DNA of 64,000 nt, from the NCBI GenBank assembly GCA_963815095.1, contig CAWFFH010000003.1, forward strand, positions 1,152,001 through 1,216,000, read 5' to 3'. The position numbers and the translations under genes were made by a program. The notes beneath the pieces were generated by a model that saw only the letters and a program-made list of their open reading frames with translations, was not told where the DNA came from and ran no database searches. This document shows, piece by piece, positions 1-9,374 of the stretch; the stretch's first letter is position 1; each line of letters begins with the position of its first letter. The stretch is from Candidatus Bathyarchaeota archaeon. GTDB taxonomy: Archaea > Thermoproteota > Bathyarchaeia > Bathyarchaeales > Bathycorpusculaceae.

Positions 1-443
1 AAAAGTTATCCCTCAACTATGAGGTATCCTTTGAGTGTACTCATCATGGACCCAGTCTTGATATTCCTTGTATGTTTGTTGAGTTGGGAAGTTCTTCTGA
101 GCAATGGGGTGATTTGAGGGCTGCTGAAGCTGTTGCACACTCCGTGATGTATACGGTTGCCAACTATGCGGCGCCTATCAGTCCTGTGGTTTTGGGTATA
201 GGGGGAACGCACTACAACCAAAGGTTTACCGTTATGGCTTTGGTCGGTGAATTTGCTTTTGGTCACATGATTCCCAAGTATGCAACTCACCTTGTTGACG
301 CTGAAATCATATCTCAGTGTATAGAGAAATCTTCCGAGAAAGTGCAGTTGGCTGTTTTGGATTGGAAAGGAATCAGAGGCGAAGACAAACCAAACATACT
401 CTCAGCTCTGGAAACTGTGGGTTTACCATTTAAGAAAGTGTAA
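1..443 (+). CDS. dtdA: D-aminoacyl-tRNA deacylase (archaeal DTD2 type), 5'-truncated by the window edge
   Basis: Motifs FVELGS..W, GIGGTHY, FGHMIPKY and LDWKG; lies upstream of secE-spt5. Confidence 0.85.
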   Translation, partial: KLSLNYEVSFECTHHGPSLDIPCMFVELGSSSEQWGDLRAAEAVAHSVMYTVANYAAPISPVVLGIGGTHYNQRFTVMALVGEFAFGHMIPKYATHLVDAEIISQCIEKSSEKVQLAVLDWKGIRGEDKPNILSALETVGLPFKKV

Positions 444-552
444 ATCTGTCTCTTCAAGGCAACGTTTAAAAGGATTAATACAGTAGTTTTTAAACTAAAA
501 AGTTACAGTAACGTTTATTATTCCTAATTGAAATGTTGAGTGTGCGGTAAAA

Positions 553-729
553 ATGGGCGTAAAAGATTGGCTTCAACAGGCTGCAAGAACTTTAAAGCTA
601 GCTGTAAAACCGGGGCGCGAAGAGCTTTGGCTCTCAATTAAAATTAGCCTCTTAGGTATAGGTGCTGTTGGCTTAATTGGCTTCGTAGTTAAACTGTTAT
701 CTTACGCCGTTGGCGGCGCATCAAAGTAG
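553..729 (+). CDS. secE: Protein translocase subunit SecE/Sec61-gamma (58 aa, not in the ORF track)
   Basis: Manual translation MGVKDWLQQAARTLKLAVKPGREELWLSIKISLLGIGAVGLIGFVVKLL...; KP..EE motif plus TM helix; canonical position before spt5. Confidence 0.9.
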   Translation: MGVKDWLQQAARTLKLAVKPGREELWLSIKISLLGIGAVGLIGFVVKLLSYAVGGASK

Positions 730-742
730 AGAGTGCTTGACC

Positions 743-1216
743 ATGGATAAAAAAGAAGACTTTAGTCAACAAATAAAAATCTTCGTTGTAAAGACAACTA
801 CTGGTCAAGAACGCAACGTAGCCCGGTTAATCGCGTCAAAAGTTGAAATGTCACATATTCCTATTAAGGCTCTTCTTGTTCCAGATACCCTCAAAGGCTA
901 CGTGTTTATTGAGGCAGATGGACCACATCTTGTGGAAGAAGCAATTACAGGTGTCAGACACGTCCGTTCCAGAATCCCGGGGCTTGTAAGTTTCGCGGAA
1001 ATTGAACGTTACATAGTGCGTAAACCAGTCATGGAAGACCTCAACGAAGATGACGTCGTCGAAATTACTGGTGGTCCCTTCAAAGGTATGCGTGCTAAAA
1101 TCACACGACTGGACAAATCTAAAGCCGAAGTTACCCTGGAATTGCTTGAAGCAACATTTACTTTGCCTATCACAGTACATTCAGACTATGTAAAACTAGT
1201 TGAAAAAGCAAAATAA
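743..1216 (+). CDS. spt5: Transcription elongation factor Spt5
   Basis: NGN domain (TTTGQE, KGYVFIE) and KOW motif (VEITGGPFKG). Confidence 0.95.
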   Translation: MDKKEDFSQQIKIFVVKTTTGQERNVARLIASKVEMSHIPIKALLVPDTLKGYVFIEADGPHLVEEAITGVRHVRSRIPGLVSFAEIERYIVRKPVMEDLNEDDVVEITGGPFKGMRAKITRLDKSKAEVTLELLEATFTLPITVHSDYVKLVEKAK

Positions 1217-1229
1217 ACGGTGAAACAAA

Positions 1230-1721
1230 ATGTCAGAGAAAAAAGTTGTAGAATTAATTGTCAGCGGCGGACAAGCCAATGCAGGTCCCCCATTAGGTCC
1301 AGCTCTTGGTCCACTTGGCGTAAACATAGTGGCTATTGTCAACAAAATCAACGAAATCACAAAAGAATACTCTGGAATGAAAGTTCCAGTAAAAATCAGC
1401 GTTGACACAGAAGACAAAACCTTCGAAGTAACTGTTGGTACACCCACTGCATCCGCACTCATAGTTGCTGAACTCAAAGTTGAAAAGGGCTCAGGCACAC
1501 CAAACACCGTAAAAATTGGCGACTTAACTATGGAGCAGATAGTGAAGATAGCAAAAATTAAAGGTCCTCAACTTTTAGCTCCAACTGTCAAAAAGGCAAC
1601 TAAAGAGTTACTTGGTACCTGCGTGAGTTTAGGTGTTACCGTAGAAGGCAAAGATCCCCGAGAAATCCAGAAAGACATTGACGCTGGCAACTACGAACAA
1701 CTATTTGGTACTCAACAATGA
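1230..1721 (+). CDS. rpl11: Ribosomal protein uL11
   Basis: GQANAGPPLGPALGPLG and GTCVSLGV motifs. Confidence 0.97.
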   Translation: MSEKKVVELIVSGGQANAGPPLGPALGPLGVNIVAIVNKINEITKEYSGMKVPVKISVDTEDKTFEVTVGTPTASALIVAELKVEKGSGTPNTVKIGDLTMEQIVKIAKIKGPQLLAPTVKKATKELLGTCVSLGVTVEGKDPREIQKDIDAGNYEQLFGTQQ

Positions 1722-1776
1722 TAAGCGAATATTTTTATAATGGGTTTCAAATCTCTCAATGGCACGAGGCTTAAAA

Positions 1777-2430
1777 ATGCCCCTAGACAACAAGACTATA
1801 ACCGAAGCAATTAAACAGGCAAAGGCAAAATCTGGTCAGAAAAAATTCAACCAGACTGTAGATTTGATTCTCGATATCGTCGAGATCGACATGAAGTCGC
1901 CAGAAGGCAAAATTCAAGAAGTTGTAGAACTTCCTCATGTAACAGGCAAACCGAACAAAATCTGTGTCGTTGCTTCAAGCGGAGATTTCATTGTAAAAGC
2001 GAAGAGCTCTCAAGCTGATAAAGTAATTGAACGTGCAGACTTAGATGCGTTAAGCGGCAAAAAGAAAGATCTTCGCAAACTCGCCAATGAATATGACGTC
2101 TTTATCTGCGAAGCCCCATTAATGCCGCTTGTAGGTAAAACGCTTGGTCCAGTTTTAGGTCCCAGAGGCAAGATGCCTATTCCAGTTCCACCAAACGCAG
2201 ATATTGCTGCCCTGATAAACAAGCACCGCAAAACTGTGGTTGTGAGAATGCGTACCCAGCCGATTATCCAAGTTTCCGTTGGCTCTGAACAGATGAAAGA
2301 TGAAGAACTTGTCGATAACACTATGACTGTTCTCCGTGTATTAGATGGAAAACTAAAACGTGGCTTGAAAAACGTAAAGTACGCTTTTGTCAAAACCTCT
2401 ATGGGTGAACCGGTCAAAATTAAAGCTTAA
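1777..2430 (+). CDS. rpl1: Ribosomal protein uL1
   Basis: KFNQTVDL, LGPVLGPRGKMP and KTSMG motifs. Confidence 0.96.
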   Translation: MPLDNKTITEAIKQAKAKSGQKKFNQTVDLILDIVEIDMKSPEGKIQEVVELPHVTGKPNKICVVASSGDFIVKAKSSQADKVIERADLDALSGKKKDLRKLANEYDVFICEAPLMPLVGKTLGPVLGPRGKMPIPVPPNADIAALINKHRKTVVVRMRTQPIIQVSVGSEQMKDEELVDNTMTVLRVLDGKLKRGLKNVKYAFVKTSMGEPVKIKA

Positions 2431-2445
2431 GCGAGAAGAAAAACT

Positions 2446-3309
2446 ATGCCGTCTCAACAAGTATTAGAAGCAAAATCAACTGAAGTAGATGCAATAAAGG
2501 ACATTCTCAAAGAATACAAATCCATTGGCATCGCCAGCCTGAAGAAGGTTCGAGCTTCCCAACTTCAAGAACTAAAGAAAAGCATGACTGGCAAGGTTTA
2601 CCTCCGCGTCCTAAAGAACACACTCATCAGAATTGCCTTAGAAGAGATGAATCAAACAGACCTCAAAAAACTCGAGGAATACTTGGAAGGATCAAACGTT
2701 TTCCTCTTCACTGACCTCAACCCCTTCAAACTAGCATTGTTGCTGGAACACGGCAAAGTTAAAACAACTGCCAAATCAGGCGACATAGCCGCGATGGATG
2801 TGGTTATTCCATCTGGAAACACAGGTCAACCACCAGGACCAGTTATCAGCCAACTCAACGCAGTTGGGTTACCTACAAGAATCGAGTCAGGAAGCGTCTG
2901 GATCAGCAAAGATACCTTAGTTGTCCGCAGAGGCGAAATCATCAACGAACGACTCGCAGGTGTCCTCGCAAAACTTGGTATCAAAGCAGTTGAACTCGGT
3001 ATATCCATGCGCGCAGTCTTCGACAACGGCATAATTATCGCCGGCGATCAACTCAAAGTTGATGTTGACGCAACACGCAGGAGCGTCCAATCAAGCAACT
3101 CAGAAGCATTTGCATTAGCCCTCGAGATAGGCTACGCAAGCAAAGACACCATCAAACCACTACTCCAGCGAGCACATCAAAAAGCAGTCGCACTATCTGT
3201 AAGCGCAACCATACCTACAAAAGACACAATCGCAGACATCATCCGCAAAGCAAACGCAGAAATGACAAGCCTAAGCGGCGCAGCCGATAAGGTTAAGCCT
3301 AAAGCTTAA
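2446..3309 (+). CDS. rpl10: Ribosomal protein uL10/P0
   Basis: KNTL, NPFKL and GNTGQPPGP motifs; synteny with rpl11-rpl1. Confidence 0.95.
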   Translation: MPSQQVLEAKSTEVDAIKDILKEYKSIGIASLKKVRASQLQELKKSMTGKVYLRVLKNTLIRIALEEMNQTDLKKLEEYLEGSNVFLFTDLNPFKLALLLEHGKVKTTAKSGDIAAMDVVIPSGNTGQPPGPVISQLNAVGLPTRIESGSVWISKDTLVVRRGEIINERLAGVLAKLGIKAVELGISMRAVFDNGIIIAGDQLKVDVDATRRSVQSSNSEAFALALEIGYASKDTIKPLLQRAHQKAVALSVSATIPTKDTIADIIRKANAEMTSLSGAADKVKPKA

Positions 3310-3353
3310 ACCTAAATTTTTCATTTCTTATTTTTTAAAAGAGAATTTTTTTT

Positions 3354-3590
3354 AACTTCAACTGTTGACATTTTTCTTGGTGTTCAACGTAAGATCGCTA
3401 TAATTGTTGCATTGAAGTTGTTGTATCAGTTTGTAGCCAACAAACTGATATATTCTTTAAAATCTTCTCTTCTTACAAGAAGAGATAGCCTGAATAGTTA
3501 GGCAGGTCGAGTTGCCAACAAAAGGTGAGGTTTTTGCATTTTTCTCCTCCTTATCTTCTGGCTGCGGTTGGCTTGACCTGCTTAACCATA
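3354..3590 (+). ncRNA. Candidate structured RNA (four consecutive helices)
   Basis: Inverted repeats 3354-3361/3412-3419, 3424-3433/3441-3450 and 3466-3474/3477-3485, plus a 16-bp stem 3498-3513/3570-3585 with four G-U pairs on the + strand. Confidence 0.4.
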
Positions 3591-3610
3591 TTTTTAATAA
3601 AGAAATTGTT

Positions 3611-4087
3611 CTATATCTTTTTTGTCATGACATAGGCGTCTTCGCCGTCAGAATAGTAGCCGTTGATGGTTCGGGTTATTTCAAAACCTAGTTTCTTATA
3701 GAGGGAAATTCCCGCTTCGTTTGTTACGCGCACTTCCAGAAAGCCCTGTTTTGCCTTGTAGTACTCCATGCCTTCTAGTGCTTTGTTGATTAATGCGGAA
3801 GCCATGCCTTTGCGTCTGTTCTGAGGTAAAACTGCGATGGAAACCACATGTCCTTTACGGATTAAGCCGCCGAACCCAAAATTTGACAAGCCGACTTCGA
3901 TGCGGCACATAATGTACCCGCCTATTTTTCCATCTTCTTCAGCTACGATGAAGGTTTCTGGGAACCTTTGATGGAGGTCTACAAAGAAGAAGTCGGTGTA
4001 GTTTTCTGGGAGGCAGACGCGGTTGATTTGCATTACGCTCTGCAGGTCATTAGGAACGAATTTTCGCAGCGTGAAGGTTTGTTGCAT
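3611..4087 (-). CDS. rimI: N-alpha-acetyltransferase (Ard1/RimI, GNAT)
   Basis: CLPENY, GHVVSIAV, LEVRVTN and YYSDGEDAY motifs. Confidence 0.93.
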   Translation of the reverse strand: MQQTFTLRKFVPNDLQSVMQINRVCLPENYTDFFFVDLHQRFPETFIVAEEDGKIGGYIMCRIEVGLSNFGFGGLIRKGHVVSIAVLPQNRRKGMASALINKALEGMEYYKAKQGFLEVRVTNEAGISLYKKLGFEITRTINGYYSDGEDAYVMTKKI

Positions 4088-4186
4088 CGTTTCGCCTTGC
4101 CTAAACCAAATTTCAATGTTTAAACTTAAAGGTTACGCTTTAAAGGTCAACCGCTCGCTTTCCTGTGAGCTTTGGCAGATACTTGT

Positions 4187-5470
4187 TTAGGTTTTTGTTT
4201 CCTCAGCAGTCTTAAACACTGGCAATGTGTAGCTTCCCCACGGCATAGCCCAAACTCTTGATGCTGAACCCGCAATTTTTAGCGCCTCTGCCAAAGCGTC
4301 GTTTACGGCGCGTGCTGTTTTAAGCTTGAATACGCTGGCCGCATAGTACTCTGGCAAAGAAGAAACCAAAATAATTGGGTGATTCTGCAACGCTTTTAGG
4401 AGGTAGTACGTTTTGTATCCGCCGAGGACAAAGTTGCGTTTTATTTCACGTTCGACGTTTTTGATATCGGAGAGACGTGTCATCCATTCATAGAAGACTT
4501 GGTTGCCGTGTCCTTCTGGGCACTCTGCAACAAGGATTATGACTCCGCCGCGTTTGACGGCGTCTATGGAGTTGTCTAAGCCTTTGTAGGCTTCATAGAG
4601 GCTAATGTCTGAAGGGTATCCGCCTGGGCTAACCACGATGATGTCGGCTCGGCGGTCGACTGTTATTTTATACATTTTATCGTAAAGTTTCACTGCTTCC
4701 AAAAACGCTGCATCCAAGTCGCCCGCAAACGCTTTCACAACTTCGCCTTTGCGGTTTGCAACAACGTTAACTATAAAGTCTACTTTAGCTAATCGAGCTG
4801 CCTCTGTCATATCCACATGCACAGGGTTATCTACTAAATTTCCCGATCTTGCATTGGCGCTTACAAGCATGCCGTGGTTTTGCTTGATGGTTTCTTCCCC
4901 ACAAATCCCGGGCAAAACCCCTTTTCTTCCCCCACCGTAACCAGCATAATAGTTAAGGTCCACATCACCCAAAAGTACCTTAACATCAGATTCCATAAAC
5001 ACTCGGTTCACCAAAACCTTGTTATTATATGTCTTGGTTGTGCCCACATTTACCAAGTCTGCCGCCCGAAAATCATGACTAACCGTTTTCACTCTTTTTA
5101 GGGCTTCTTCACCAATCAGCTTTAGAGCTTCTTCGGGTTTTACTGCCCCATAGGTTCCGCAGCCAAAAACAACCGTGACATTCTCGTCTTTTACCCCTGC
5201 CCCGTTGAGTTCAGCGAGGACCGGTAAAAGCATAATTTCACCAGGAGTTTTGCGGGTGGCAACATCCACAACGATGGCAACTTTGTACTCAGGCTTAACA
5301 AGCTCAGATAAGCGTTTTGTGCCAATAGGTTCTTTGAGCGCTCGATCAACCTCAGCCTTCGGGTCCGCCGCTGCTGGCTGCTCTTTAGGTTCCATTGTTC
5401 CCAAAAGATTTCGAGCTGGAACACGAACACAAACATCGGTTTTTCCGTAGGGTAACCAAACATCCACCAT
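4187..5470 (-). CDS. larA: LarA-family (nickel-pincer racemase/epimerase) homolog with altered active-site motifs
   Basis: LPYG, AL..PIG, AGYGGGRK..LPG, GGYP.D and ECPEGHG motifs. Confidence 0.85.
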   Translation of the reverse strand: MVDVWLPYGKTDVCVRVPARNLLGTMEPKEQPAAADPKAEVDRALKEPIGTKRLSELVKPEYKVAIVVDVATRKTPGEIMLLPVLAELNGAGVKDENVTVVFGCGTYGAVKPEEALKLIGEEALKRVKTVSHDFRAADLVNVGTTKTYNNKVLVNRVFMESDVKVLLGDVDLNYYAGYGGGRKGVLPGICGEETIKQNHGMLVSANARSGNLVDNPVHVDMTEAARLAKVDFIVNVVANRKGEVVKAFAGDLDAAFLEAVKLYDKMYKITVDRRADIIVVSPGGYPSDISLYEAYKGLDNSIDAVKRGGVIILVAECPEGHGNQVFYEWMTRLSDIKNVEREIKRNFVLGGYKTYYLLKALQNHPIILVSSLPEYYAASVFKLKTARAVNDALAEALKIAGSASRVWAMPWGSYTLPVFKTAEETKT

Positions 5471-5587
5471 GACAGGTCACGTAATTTAGAATGTACTCGG
5501 CGCAAGAAACTATTAAGCCTTATCAAAACGTAGAGGGTGCAGCATAACAATAAAAAAATCAAATTAAATTGAGGGAATTTTAGTTAG

Positions 5588-6685
5588 TTATTTTTTGCCT
5601 TTTGCTGCTTCTAACTTGGTAGGTAAATATTCGTCGACGATGTAGGTTAATCCGTAGCGGCTGAAAGCTTCAAGTTCCGTTTTACGTTTAATTTTGAGGA
5701 ACATTTTGATTTCTCTTTGCCAGACGGGGTCGTTTTGGTATCTTGGGTCTTTTTGTAATTCGTAGAGACGTTTTATGTCTACTTCGTCGAGTGGGTCGGT
5801 GGGTAGTTTGTATTCGACGATGTCGCTTGCCCAAACTCCGCTCCAAACTGCGTCGGGTGTGTTTAGGTCTCGCAGGTGGGCTGCGTTGGCTGAGCCTGAG
5901 ATGATGACTTGGGCAATGTGCATTCCCCATGGGTCGCCGTCGGTGAGGATGAATACTGGGAGGCCGAGTTCGTCGTGGAGTCGGCGTATGAAGCTTCGGG
6001 TTTGTCTTGGGGCTTGGCCACCGCATGAAATTAAAAGGGATTTGTGTTTGTTGTGAACGTTTTCTTCAATGAATCTTGTGAAGAGAGCACCTTTTTCGAT
6101 GGCTATGACTTTGTCTGCGCTGGTTTTTATGAATTCTGAAGAGGTTACTGCTGGTCCGATGAGTACGCCATCTGGGTGGCTGGTTAAATTCACTGTTTTG
6201 CCTTCGTAGCCTGGAACTGTGTAGCCGATATCTAAGTCGCCGAAAATTGCGCTGCGTTCTTCGGGAAATATGCTGAAGTCTTCTCGTGCAAAGCCTGTGA
6301 GGGTTTCAAGGTCGGTGATGATGTTGTTTGATTCTTGCTGGTCAGTAAAAGTCATCTCGTATGCTTGAGCTGAATAGTAAACGTCTCTTAGGGTTGAGGT
6401 TTTACGTTTGCTGGTTAATTCATTGCTGAACATCGCGCACCATGCGAGTTGGGTGAAGGGCTTGATGTGGCGGATGTTGCGAGCGGTTCTGCCCACGTTT
6501 TTCTCGCCAAGGATGTATTGGCGTAAAGCTGGGTCATAGTTGATGTTTTCTGTGGAGCGGCTTGGCATGTTGATAGTTGGAAAAACACCTTGGTCCAGCT
6601 GATCATAGATTGAGGTGCCGAACGTTTTCAGCGTTTCAAGAACTTCGAGTTTTCTTTCAGTTATCTTAGCTTTCTTCTGCTCCAT
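5588..6685 (-). CDS. top6A: DNA topoisomerase VI subunit A
   Basis: TLRDVYY, IEK, TDGDPWG and ELEAF motifs. Confidence 0.96.
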   Translation of the reverse strand: MEQKKAKITERKLEVLETLKTFGTSIYDQLDQGVFPTINMPSRSTENINYDPALRQYILGEKNVGRTARNIRHIKPFTQLAWCAMFSNELTSKRKTSTLRDVYYSAQAYEMTFTDQQESNNIITDLETLTGFAREDFSIFPEERSAIFGDLDIGYTVPGYEGKTVNLTSHPDGVLIGPAVTSSEFIKTSADKVIAIEKGALFTRFIEENVHNKHKSLLISCGGQAPRQTRSFIRRLHDELGLPVFILTDGDPWGMHIAQVIISGSANAAHLRDLNTPDAVWSGVWASDIVEYKLPTDPLDEVDIKRLYELQKDPRYQNDPVWQREIKMFLKIKRKTELEAFSRYGLTYIVDEYLPTKLEAAKGKK

Positions 6686-8192
6686 ATTTCTGCACACTCT
6701 TAAGTAATTTTTCTATGTCAGGAAGCTTGTCTTTTTGGGCAAGGGTGGTTGAGAACTCTGCGATTTTGGGTAGGTACTTGCTGAAAATTCCCAGTCGCTT
6801 CTTTTCCATGTGTACGTGCTCTTGTTTGGCTAAGAAATGTTGTAGTTGACGTGCAACTTCGCGCAGGGCATTTGCGACTTCTCTGCGTACTTCGGGGCGG
6901 TCGGAGATGAATTCTTTGCCTACGGTTTTGTAGGGGACTTTGGTGCTGCATATGTGGACAACTATTGCGATGGGCATTTCGGGAGCGACTTTGTATCGAC
7001 GCCAGTTCATGGCTGCGATTACGCGGTAGGAAACGTCGCTTGCTTCGTCGTATAGAAGGGGGATTTTGTTAGCGAAACGGTAAATAACAAATGTGCCGCG
7101 TTTGGGTACGCCTCCGCCATAAGCCATGGCTAACTCCACAATGAATGGGTGCCCGGCGTAAGTGGATGGTTTGCGTTGGTGAACCACAAGGTACTCTGGG
7201 CTGAGTTCTTTTTGGATGCCTGCCTTAAGTAGATCTTCGCCAAGTGGTGAGAGGCAACTGGCATCTGGAGGAAGGAAGTCCTTGTATTTTTTGAGGTTCT
7301 GCATTAAACTCACGATTTCTTCATGAGCCAGTTTTTTGGGATTTTTGTTTTGGGGAATACCTGCGAACTCGAGGAATTTTATGGCAGTAATTTCGCCGAC
7401 TCGGTGAAAGTGTCCTTTTAAGAACTCTTTCATGTTACTGAAGGTTGTTAATGCGATGAGGCGTTGGAGGAGTTCAACATCAACACCGTATGGGTGGGGC
7501 ATGGTTTCCTTGGGAGGCTCAGGCATGACGGTGGTTGCCCTTGTAAACTTGTAGAGTCTGCCTTTAGGGTCAACAAAAGTTATGTTTGCATAAGGGTTAA
7601 CCATTGCAGTTTGCTTGAAGTACTCTATAATTTTGGGCATAGCCCTCAGATAGTCGCCTTCCAAGGTGAACTCTACGATGGTTCCTCGCCAACAATCTTT
7701 GTTGATGAGGACTTTGCGGTCTATAATTATAGGTTTGTTCCGCTGGATATCAATCATTAACTTGAAACTGTAAATTTTCTCTTGACCCGTGCTTGAGGTT
7801 ACAAAAACTGGTTGGTGGGTTGTGATTTGTCCGTAGAGCACTGCCATTTTTCCGCCTAAGCCGAACGTGCCTCTTGCTTGTTTGAGTTTATATTTGCTGC
7901 CGTAGAGGACTTGGCCGAAGGCTGAGGGAATGAATCGGGGTGGGATTCCGCTGCCGTTGTCTTCGACACGGAGTTTGTAGATTTGGGTTTCTTTGGTTGC
8001 TTCTCCTTCGTAGGATAGGCGTACGTAGACGTCAGGCGGGATTTTTTGGCTCTCAGCCGCGTCGAGTGAGTTTTCTACGATTTCTCGTATGGCTACAAAA
8101 ATGGCGCGCGAAGGATTTGTTAAGCCTGCAATGTCTCTGTTACGGTAGAAAAAGTCAGATGCGCTGATTTCTTCAAACGTTGCTTGAGCCAC
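6666..8192 (-). CDS. top6B: DNA topoisomerase VI subunit B
   Basis: GHKL motifs (EIVENSLDA, EDNGSGI, RGTFGLG) and RFANKIPL. Confidence 0.96.
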   Translation of the reverse strand: MAQATFEEISASDFFYRNRDIAGLTNPSRAIFVAIREIVENSLDAAESQKIPPDVYVRLSYEGEATKETQIYKLRVEDNGSGIPPRFIPSAFGQVLYGSKYKLKQARGTFGLGGKMAVLYGQITTHQPVFVTSSTGQEKIYSFKLMIDIQRNKPIIIDRKVLINKDCWRGTIVEFTLEGDYLRAMPKIIEYFKQTAMVNPYANITFVDPKGRLYKFTRATTVMPEPPKETMPHPYGVDVELLQRLIALTTFSNMKEFLKGHFHRVGEITAIKFLEFAGIPQNKNPKKLAHEEIVSLMQNLKKYKDFLPPDASCLSPLGEDLLKAGIQKELSPEYLVVHQRKPSTYAGHPFIVELAMAYGGGVPKRGTFVIYRFANKIPLLYDEASDVSYRVIAAMNWRRYKVAPEMPIAIVVHICSTKVPYKTVGKEFISDRPEVRREVANALREVARQLQHFLAKQEHVHMEKKRLGIFSKYLPKIAEFSTTLAQKDKLPDIEKLLKSVQKYGAEES

Positions 8193-8547
8193 TTGTAGCT
8201 ACACCACTTTCCCCGGTTTTAGTTTGCAATTGCTAAGTATATTTGCTGCTGGTTCTTTAAGTTAACTGCACTCTACGGAGAAAAACCTTTTCTAAAAGTA
8301 TGCTATAAAATTGTTTAATGGTTACTTTTGCCACAAATATGTAAAATAGTGGATTGTTCTATTGTTCTGTCTGTAGCGAATTCTTTGTAATTTTTTGGTT
8401 TATTTTTGTGTTTGAGTGTTGTACAGTTTGTTTTTTGGGGGTTTTGGATGTTGGTTTGGTTTGTTTTGGGTTGTTTTTGTATGGTTGTGGTATGCTTGGG
8501 TTATGTCTGAGGGTTTATATCGGGCTTTGGGGTATCTATGTAATTGT

Positions 8548-8571
8548 AATATGTCCGTATAAAGACATATT
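8548..8571. promoter_or_regulatory. Palindromic operator straddling a TATA-like box upstream of the PadR gene
   Basis: AATATGTC-CGTATAAA-GACATATT, a perfect 8-bp inverted repeat. Confidence 0.55.
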
Positions 8572-8627
8572 GTATACAGGTACAACAGAAAAACTGTTCA
8601 ACAAAAATACAAGTCAGGGAGAAAAAA

Positions 8628-8999
8628 ATGTTTAAGGCAAACTCACAAAAAGAGGTTTCAACAAAACTTATGAAAGGACTACTGGACATGATAATTCTGC
8701 AATTCCTAAGCAATGAGCCCATGCACGGCTACCAAGTAATCACCAAAATCCGCAAAAACTACGGCGTATACTTCGGACCCAGCACCATATACCCGCTTCT
8801 AGGCACCCTTGAAAAGAAAGGGTTCGTAGACAGCAAATGGAACATGAATTTTGAGCGCCCAAGAAAAGTCTACAGCTTAACAAACGATGGACAAAGCATG
8901 TTGAACTTCACTGAAGACTCATTAAATTTAATTTGCAGAAAAATAGCAGCCCCCAATCCAGAGATTACACATCCAACAATGGGCGTTATACCCACTTGA
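8628..8999 (+). CDS. PadR family transcriptional regulator
   Basis: MHGYQ, GPSTIYPLL..LE and RKVYSLT motifs. Confidence 0.9.
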   Translation: MFKANSQKEVSTKLMKGLLDMIILQFLSNEPMHGYQVITKIRKNYGVYFGPSTIYPLLGTLEKKGFVDSKWNMNFERPRKVYSLTNDGQSMLNFTEDSLNLICRKIAAPNPEITHPTMGVIPT

Positions 9000-9152
9000 G
9001 TCTGAAACAATAACAATTATTGCAGCTTGATAAATAAAATTAAGTAATAGGGATTTCGCGGGCCTCAAGTTTTTTGAAGAGGCGAAAAAAGATTCTCGAA
9101 TATGGCATAATGCAACCTGCAATCAACTGAATTTACGTAAGTAGCTTGTACT

Positions 9153-9374
9153 TTAGTTAGTTGGTTGGGCTTTTATCGTCTGCTCTTCTTTAGGAATTAT
9201 CATTAGCTCAATTTCTTTTTGCTTTAGGCGTGTTTTGTTGGTTGGTTTTTGTTTTTGCCCTGATTCTCCTATATGACTGAGGGTCCAGCCGACTAGGAAT
9301 ATAGGGGCTAAAATGGGGAGTAGTAGAATTCGTTTTAGTTTGCTGCGTTTTTTTGTTTGAATTGGTTTTGTCAA
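9153..9374 (-). CDS. Small single-TM hypothetical protein (paralog of 61349-61573)
   Basis: Basic N-terminus, then LLPILAPIFLVGWTLSHIGE. Confidence 0.65.
   Translation of the reverse strand: MTKPIQTKKRSKLKRILLLPILAPIFLVGWTLSHIGESGQKQKPTNKTRLKQKEIELMIIPKEEQTIKAQPTN

Noticed and set aside
851-3032. Antisense or alternate-frame ORFs overlapping core genes throughout the window
   Set aside because: Shadow ORFs of well-supported genes with no independent signal.
8354-8635. ORFs in low-complexity G/T- or A/C-rich tracts (also 12427-12744, 15302-15493, 25005-25220)
   Set aside because: They are open only because of compositional bias, with no protein-like motifs.
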